DNA of 64,000 nucleotides from Bacilli bacterium (GTDB lineage Bacteria; Bacillota_I; Bacilli_A; RF39; UBA660): NCBI GenBank assembly GCA_017432645.1, contig JAFRIU010000047.1, positions 12,107 to 76,106 of the forward strand, read 5' to 3'. Shown piece by piece: positions 59,175 to 64,000 of this stretch (position 1 is its first letter; each line of letters starts with the position of its first letter). The notes under the pieces were generated by a model. It saw only the letters and a program-made list of their open reading frames with translations, ran no database searches and was not told where the DNA came from. The position numbers and the translations under genes were made by a program.

Positions 59175-59876
59175 TTATTTTTCTAATTTTTGTAAAAATA
59201 TTTTTAATTTTTCTACTTTTAAACTAAGTCCACCAAGTAGGTATCCATCAATAAGGGATATCTGATTCAACTGATCAATATTTTCCTCGTTAGCACTTCC
59301 ACCATACAAGATAGATGCCTTAGGTAAAAAGGTCTTAATGAATTGAAAAACCTCTTCTATTTCCTGATTAGTTGGAATAATCCCTGTTCCAATAGACCAA
59401 ATTGGTTCATAAGCAACAATCATTCTCGCTCTATCTTCTTCACTCATTCCTTCAATGGCAGTTAAGATTTCTTGTTCTAATACCTCTTCTACCCTTCCCT
59501 GCTCTCTTTCTTCTCTAGTCTCTCCAATACATAAAATTGGCGTAATATCATTTTCGAGTAATCTCAATAATTTTTCATGAATCTCCTCTAGAGATTCTTT
59601 CTGATACTCTCTTCTCTCACTATGACCAATAATCGCATACTTAGCACCATAAGACTTTAATTGAAGAGCAGACACCTCACCAGTAAAAGCTCCATTTCCC
59701 CTAGAACTAACATTCTGAGAACCTAAAGAAATGGTATCAGAAGAAAACTGACCTAAATTCAAAAAAGTAGGACACAAAATCAATGTTTCATTTGTTTTAA
59801 TTTTTTTAAGCTCTTCTTGATAATGTTGAAACTCCTGGCAATCTAAATTACTTTTATTATTCAATGCAACAATCAT
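59175..59876 (-). CDS. tpiA: triose-phosphate isomerase
   Basis: IIGHSERR, AYEPIWSIGTG and YGGS motifs. Confidence 0.85.
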   Translation of the reverse strand: MIVALNNKSNLDCQEFQHYQEELKKIKTNETLILCPTFLNLGQFSSDTISLGSQNVSSRGNGAFTGEVSALQLKSYGAKYAIIGHSERREYQKESLEEIHEKLLRLLENDITPILCIGETREEREQGRVEEVLEQEILTAIEGMSEEDRARMIVAYEPIWSIGTGIIPTNQEIEEVFQFIKTFLPKASILYGGSANEENIDQLNQISLIDGYLLGGLSLKVEKLKIFLQKLEK

Positions 59877-61108
59877 TCTACAATCTCCTTTATTTTCTTC
59901 ACGATAGCAGAAAAAATACCAAATCGATTTTCTTTCTGTTTCTCATTAATAGCTCTAGTATATACTTCTAAAACTTTCTCACCATAATACTTAGAACGAT
60001 AATTCTCAGCCTGTATCCTTGCCTGTCTATCAAAATGTTCTAGTTCTTTTTTATCATTGTATAAGTACAGAATTTTCTCCTCATATTCTTCATTAGTCTC
60101 AAAAAACAAACCATTCAAGTCTTCTGTAATCATGCTTTCAAAAGCCTCATCCTTCATACATACCGGAACAACATTAGAAGCCATTGCTTCAATAATCGTC
60201 AATCCCTGAGTCTCCGTCTTAGAAGCTGTAGCAAAAACATTAGCAACTTGATAATAATAAGGCATATCATCCCAACTAACTTTTCCCGTAAAGAGAACAC
60301 TCTCTTCTAATCCTAACTCTTTAGACAAAGCTTCATATTGTTCTTTATCCGGACCATCTCCAACAATGATCAATTTAATATTCTTTGCCTTCTTCAATAA
60401 ATTCTTATGAGATTCTATCAAGAATTCAACATTCTTCTCTTCAGCTAATCTTCCTACAAATAGTATTACAAAATCATCATTAGATATATGAAGTTGATCC
60501 TTTAATTCTTCTATTTGGCTAGAATCCATATCTTCCTTAAAAAATCTTTCTACTTCAATCCCTGTTGGAATAATATTAATATTTTTTTCAAAACGATATT
60601 TCTCTTTAAATAGTTTATAAATCTTATTCGTCGGAACAATCAATTCTGTCGCAGTAGTATCACAATAAAACTTTGTTAAATATTCTACGACTTTTCTTCC
60701 AGAACGGTTAAAATAACCCTTCGTAATATAATGAATATAATCCTCATATAAAGTATGATAAGTATGAACTAATGGAATATTATACTGTTTCGCAAATAAT
60801 CTCGCAAAAGTTCCTATCGCAAACTCTGTCTGAGAATGAATAACATCCAAATTCCAACTCCTAATCTTTTTAATTGCACGAATTGGATAAATACTAGTTA
60901 AACGAGAATTATAGATACCAGTTGGAATTCCTGGAATCTTTAAAATTCTCTCTTCTTCGTCATACTCATACTTAAAACTTTCCAAATTAGCTGTGACAAC
61001 ATATACTTCATGACCATTTTCTTCCAAAGCTTTTTTGAGCATAACTTCACTAGTAACCAAACCACTAATATAAGGAGTATATGTCTCTGTAAATATTCCT
61101 ATTCTCAT
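59873..61108 (-). CDS. glycosyltransferase family 4 protein (putative glycolipid synthase)
   Basis: GT-B fold GT4 pattern, including the EX7E-like C-terminal region. Overlaps tpiA and the UPF0104 gene by 4 nt each. Confidence 0.7.
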   Translation of the reverse strand: MRIGIFTETYTPYISGLVTSEVMLKKALEENGHEVYVVTANLESFKYEYDEEERILKIPGIPTGIYNSRLTSIYPIRAIKKIRSWNLDVIHSQTEFAIGTFARLFAKQYNIPLVHTYHTLYEDYIHYITKGYFNRSGRKVVEYLTKFYCDTTATELIVPTNKIYKLFKEKYRFEKNINIIPTGIEVERFFKEDMDSSQIEELKDQLHISNDDFVILFVGRLAEEKNVEFLIESHKNLLKKAKNIKLIIVGDGPDKEQYEALSKELGLEESVLFTGKVSWDDMPYYYQVANVFATASKTETQGLTIIEAMASNVVPVCMKDEAFESMITEDLNGLFFETNEEYEEKILYLYNDKKELEHFDRQARIQAENYRSKYYGEKVLEVYTRAINEKQKENRFGIFSAIVKKIKEIVE

Positions 61109-62103
61109 TTTTTACCTCTCTTTTCTAAATTAAATACCGTAGCACCCAATAATATTCCAAAATAATAAGTAATAAATCTCCATAAAATCAAAGTGGCAGA
61201 TAAAATATCTGCAGAAACAAAATGATAATATACTTTACTAAAAGCATACTCTATTCCTCCACTAGATCCTGGAATGGGAATAAAGGATGCCATAACGTAA
61301 ACATAAGCAGAAGATATCAAAGTCTCAAAAAGCGTTAAAGAATGGCTAGACATAGCCAAAACTACAAAAAATGGAACACTATATAGACACGCTAAACTAA
61401 GTAAATTAAAGAATATTCCCTCTATTACAAGTTTTCTATTCTTTTTCATCTTTTGAAAGCTTTGATAATAATCTTCTAAAATCTTATCAATTTCTTGATC
61501 TTCCACTTGAATTCTTAATTGATGAACAATCCATTTAAAAACATTTCCAATCTTAATAGTAATTTTTTTAGAAGAAGAAAGGAAAAACAAAATAACTGCT
61601 ACCCCTAAATTCATCAAAAATCCCAAAGCAACAAAATAATTAGTTGCCGTATCCTGTGGAAAAAAGCCAAATAGCAAATTCAAAATAATAGCAATAACAC
61701 CAAATAGAACCAAAGCAATTTGATAAAAAATAGCACTTTGAATAACTTGATTGGTAGCCAAAGGAAGAGGAATATCATGTTCAGTTAACATATAAATTTC
61801 CATTGGCTGTCCCCCAGTAGAAAAAGGAGTAATGCCATTAAAAAACTGCACAATTATATTATGCTTAATAGCTTCCTGAATACTAAGCTTCTCCTTATCC
61901 CCTGTAATTTTATAATTAATATATCCACGTACAATAATGGAGAAAAAGAAGAAGAGAAAAGCAAGTGTAATATAAAACACTTGAATATTTTGAAAAGAAA
62001 GAATAATCTCTCTCCAATCCTTTCTCAAAATAATATAAAGAGAAAAAATCGTAATAACTAAAACAAGAATGGTATTTTTTCGAATATTTTTAATAAATCT
62101 CAT
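61105..62103 (-). CDS. UPF0104 / lysylphosphatidylglycerol-synthase-TM-like (flippase-like) membrane protein
   Basis: About eight TM segments. The pattern (FNGITPFSTGGQPMEIY) matches the YbhN/MprF-N-terminal-like family. Confidence 0.55.
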   Translation of the reverse strand: MRFIKNIRKNTILVLVITIFSLYIILRKDWREIILSFQNIQVFYITLAFLFFFFSIIVRGYINYKITGDKEKLSIQEAIKHNIIVQFFNGITPFSTGGQPMEIYMLTEHDIPLPLATNQVIQSAIFYQIALVLFGVIAIILNLLFGFFPQDTATNYFVALGFLMNLGVAVILFFLSSSKKITIKIGNVFKWIVHQLRIQVEDQEIDKILEDYYQSFQKMKKNRKLVIEGIFFNLLSLACLYSVPFFVVLAMSSHSLTLFETLISSAYVYVMASFIPIPGSSGGIEYAFSKVYYHFVSADILSATLILWRFITYYFGILLGATVFNLEKRGKK

Positions 62104-62104
62104 A

Positions 62105-62605
62105 TCACATTGCCCTTTGATGGTGATTCATCATTTCTCGTTCTACTAAATACAATCTTTCTCCACTCTCTTCTCCCAAATCTTCATAATTTTGAGACAT
62201 TAAATAATGAATTGTATCTCGATCTTCCGGATGAACCATCATAAATATTTCTTCTATCTGCCATTGACGAAAAACGAAATCCAAAATTTCTGGAATCATT
62301 TTTTGACTTTTTCCACTAGCAGATACTATATGAATTTTTGCTAAACGAATATCCTTTTCCCCATGGACATGACATATTCCAAGAATCTTCGATCCTCTCT
62401 CACAACAAAGGATTTCATCTATCTCATTTTTTTGAAGTTTTTCTTTATCATATTCTTCTTTTGAAAGAGATGAGCGTAGTATCTCTAGTTGATTAGTCCA
62501 TTTACCAAAACAAGAATGACTATTTTCAAAATCTTTTATCATCTGCATATGACCATCATCATATGGATGAACTAGAAATACTCTTTCTGTACTCAACTCT
62601 CTCAC
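62105..62605 (-). CDS. small GNAT-fold-like protein (hypothetical)
   Basis: 166 aa with a GNAT-like beta/alpha pattern (IHIVSASGKSQKMIPEILDFVFRQWQIEEIFMMVHPED). Tightly packed between pgk and the UPF0104 gene. Confidence 0.3.
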   Translation of the reverse strand: MRELSTERVFLVHPYDDGHMQMIKDFENSHSCFGKWTNQLEILRSSLSKEEYDKEKLQKNEIDEILCCERGSKILGICHVHGEKDIRLAKIHIVSASGKSQKMIPEILDFVFRQWQIEEIFMMVHPEDRDTIHYLMSQNYEDLGEESGERLYLVEREMMNHHQRAM

Positions 62606-62614
62606 CTACACTTC

Positions 62615-63787
62615 TTAATGAATTGCTTCTATTCCAGGTAATCCTTTTCCTTCCAAATATTCCAAAGTTGCGCCTCCACCAGTAGAAGCATGATAAACTT
62701 TTTCTTTATAACCAGCAGCTGTAGCTGCTGCTACAATATCTCCACCACCTAAAATGATTTTGATATTATTCTCTACAGCAAATTCTAATAAACGAACCGT
62801 ATTTTTCTTATACTTTTCAAATTCATAAACACCAAGTGGCCCATTCCAAATCGCAATAGCAGCTTCTTTTAAAATATCTTCAAACATCATAGTAGTCTTT
62901 TCTCCAATGTCTAGACCCATTTCATCAGCAGCTATTTCCTTAGCATCTTTCAAACGATATTCTTCATCATTTGTAAATTCATTCGTAACTGCATAATCTA
63001 CTGGTAAGACAATCTTATCACCATGTTCTTTTAATACCCTTTTACAAAAATCCAAACTCTCTTCATCAAATAAAGACTTACCGATTTCATAACCTTGTGC
63101 TTTTAAGAAAGTATAGCTCATTCCACCACCTATTAGAATCTTATCTGCCTTGCCAACTAAATTTTCAATCACACCAATTTTATCAGCAACTTTAGCTCCA
63201 CCTAGAATAACAACAAAAGGATGAGGAGGATTATCTAAAACACTTAAAGCTGTTAATTCTTTTTCGATTAGAAATCCAACGGCAGATGGCAAATGAGAAG
63301 CAATTCCTACATTAGAAGCATGAGCACGATGAGCCGTTCCAAACGCATCATTAATAAACACTTCACCAAGAGATGCCCAATAAGTACCTAACTCTTCATC
63401 ATTACTACTTTCCTTCTTACCATCTAAGTCTTCATATCTAGTATTTTGAACTAATAAAACATCTCCTGCTTCCATACGAGAAATCATCTCTTCTAATTCC
63501 TGGCCTCTAGTCTTCTTACTAAACAAAACTTCCTTATGAAGCAATTCACTTAAGTGTGCAGCAACAGGAGCCAAATCATTCTTAGCTAAATCAGCTTCTT
63601 CCTTTACTCTTCCTAAATGTGACATTAAAATTACCTTACAATGATGATCTAAGCAATACTGAATAGTCTTTAAAGATTCTACCATACGCGTATCATCCAC
63701 TATTTTTCCATCCACAATAGGCACATTAAAATCACAACGAATAATTACTTTCTTATTTTCTAAATCTAAATCTTTAACTGTTTTCAT
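62615..63787 (-). CDS. pgk: phosphoglycerate kinase
   Basis: Conserved PGK blocks. The start is trimmed to MKTVKDLDL, after a GGAG RBS. Confidence 0.9.
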   Translation of the reverse strand: MKTVKDLDLENKKVIIRCDFNVPIVDGKIVDDTRMVESLKTIQYCLDHHCKVILMSHLGRVKEEADLAKNDLAPVAAHLSELLHKEVLFSKKTRGQELEEMISRMEAGDVLLVQNTRYEDLDGKKESSNDEELGTYWASLGEVFINDAFGTAHRAHASNVGIASHLPSAVGFLIEKELTALSVLDNPPHPFVVILGGAKVADKIGVIENLVGKADKILIGGGMSYTFLKAQGYEIGKSLFDEESLDFCKRVLKEHGDKIVLPVDYAVTNEFTNDEEYRLKDAKEIAADEMGLDIGEKTTMMFEDILKEAAIAIWNGPLGVYEFEKYKKNTVRLLEFAVENNIKIILGGGDIVAAATAAGYKEKVYHASTGGGATLEYLEGKGLPGIEAIH

Positions 63788-63832
63788 AAACACACTCCAT
63801 CTACCAAAAATTATAGCATTTTTTTCACACAA

Positions 63833-63858
63833 AAAAAAGGAGTTTTCTCCTTTATTTT
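63833..63858 (-). terminator. intrinsic terminator between gap and pgk
   Basis: Minus strand: AAGGAG, loop aaaa, CTCCTT, then T8. A TATAAT -10 for pgk follows. Confidence 0.5.
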
Positions 63859-63865
63859 ATGAATA

Positions 63866-64000
63866 CTAATGATTCATCAAGCACTTAGCAGTTCTTACCA
63901 TCTGAGCGGTATAACCCATCTCATTATCATACCAAGATACTACTTTTACTAATTGCTTTCCATCTACTTCCAAAACATTTGTAGAAAGTCCATCAACCAA
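63866..64000 (-). CDS. gap: glyceraldehyde-3-phosphate dehydrogenase (3' end; continues beyond the window)
   Basis: The reverse-complement translation ends ...[24 protein letters not shown], the conserved GAPDH C-terminus. Confidence 0.8.
   Translation of the reverse strand: MVDGLSTNVLEVDGKQLVKVVSWYDNEMGYTAQMVRTAKCLMNH

Noticed and set aside
1-64000. CRISPR arrays, tRNA and rRNA genes
   Set aside because: I scanned for regularly spaced direct repeats and tRNA- or rRNA-like GC-rich blocks and found none. The only short repeats are the terminator palindromes and the CCCAAA triplet.

Overview
This is a low-GC (~30%) Firmicutes chromosomal segment. Two housekeeping blocks anchor it, both on the minus strand. 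The first is the S10-spc-alpha ribosomal cluster (rpsJ through rplQ, with secY, adk, infA, rpmJ and rpoA), continuing into truA-rplM-rpsI. The second is a glycolytic operon (gap 3' end, pgk, tpiA) next to spo0A. The flanks hold envelope and accessory genes: an LtaS-like sulfatase, an OatA-like acyltransferase, a polysaccharide deacetylase, a LysM amidase, HtrA, an MIP-family channel, a P-type ATPase, a ZIP transporter, MutY, ExoIII, a Y-family polymerase and several XRE regulators. The most interesting locus is a compact type VIIb secretion operon on the minus strand at 25701-30980 (EssC ATPase, YukD/EsaB-like ubiquitin-fold protein, two ~70-aa helical-hairpin proteins). No EssB, EsaA or EssA is nearby, and a holin plus LAS-family peptidase lysis-like pair lies about 1 kb away. 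Other observations: two EcfA-like ABC ATPases with degraded catalytic motifs and no ecfT between rplQ and truA; a three-gene lipid or glycolipid module (GNAT-fold, UPF0104 flippase-like, GT4) inserted between pgk and tpiA; an Abi_2-type abortive-infection gene overlapping htrA; a promoter-terminator leader upstream of a nucleoside deoxyribosyltransferase-like gene; lineage-specific tails on L17 and L3; and no rpmD. No rRNA, tRNA or CRISPR array was seen. All calls rest on reading the translations and motifs by eye, with no database searches.
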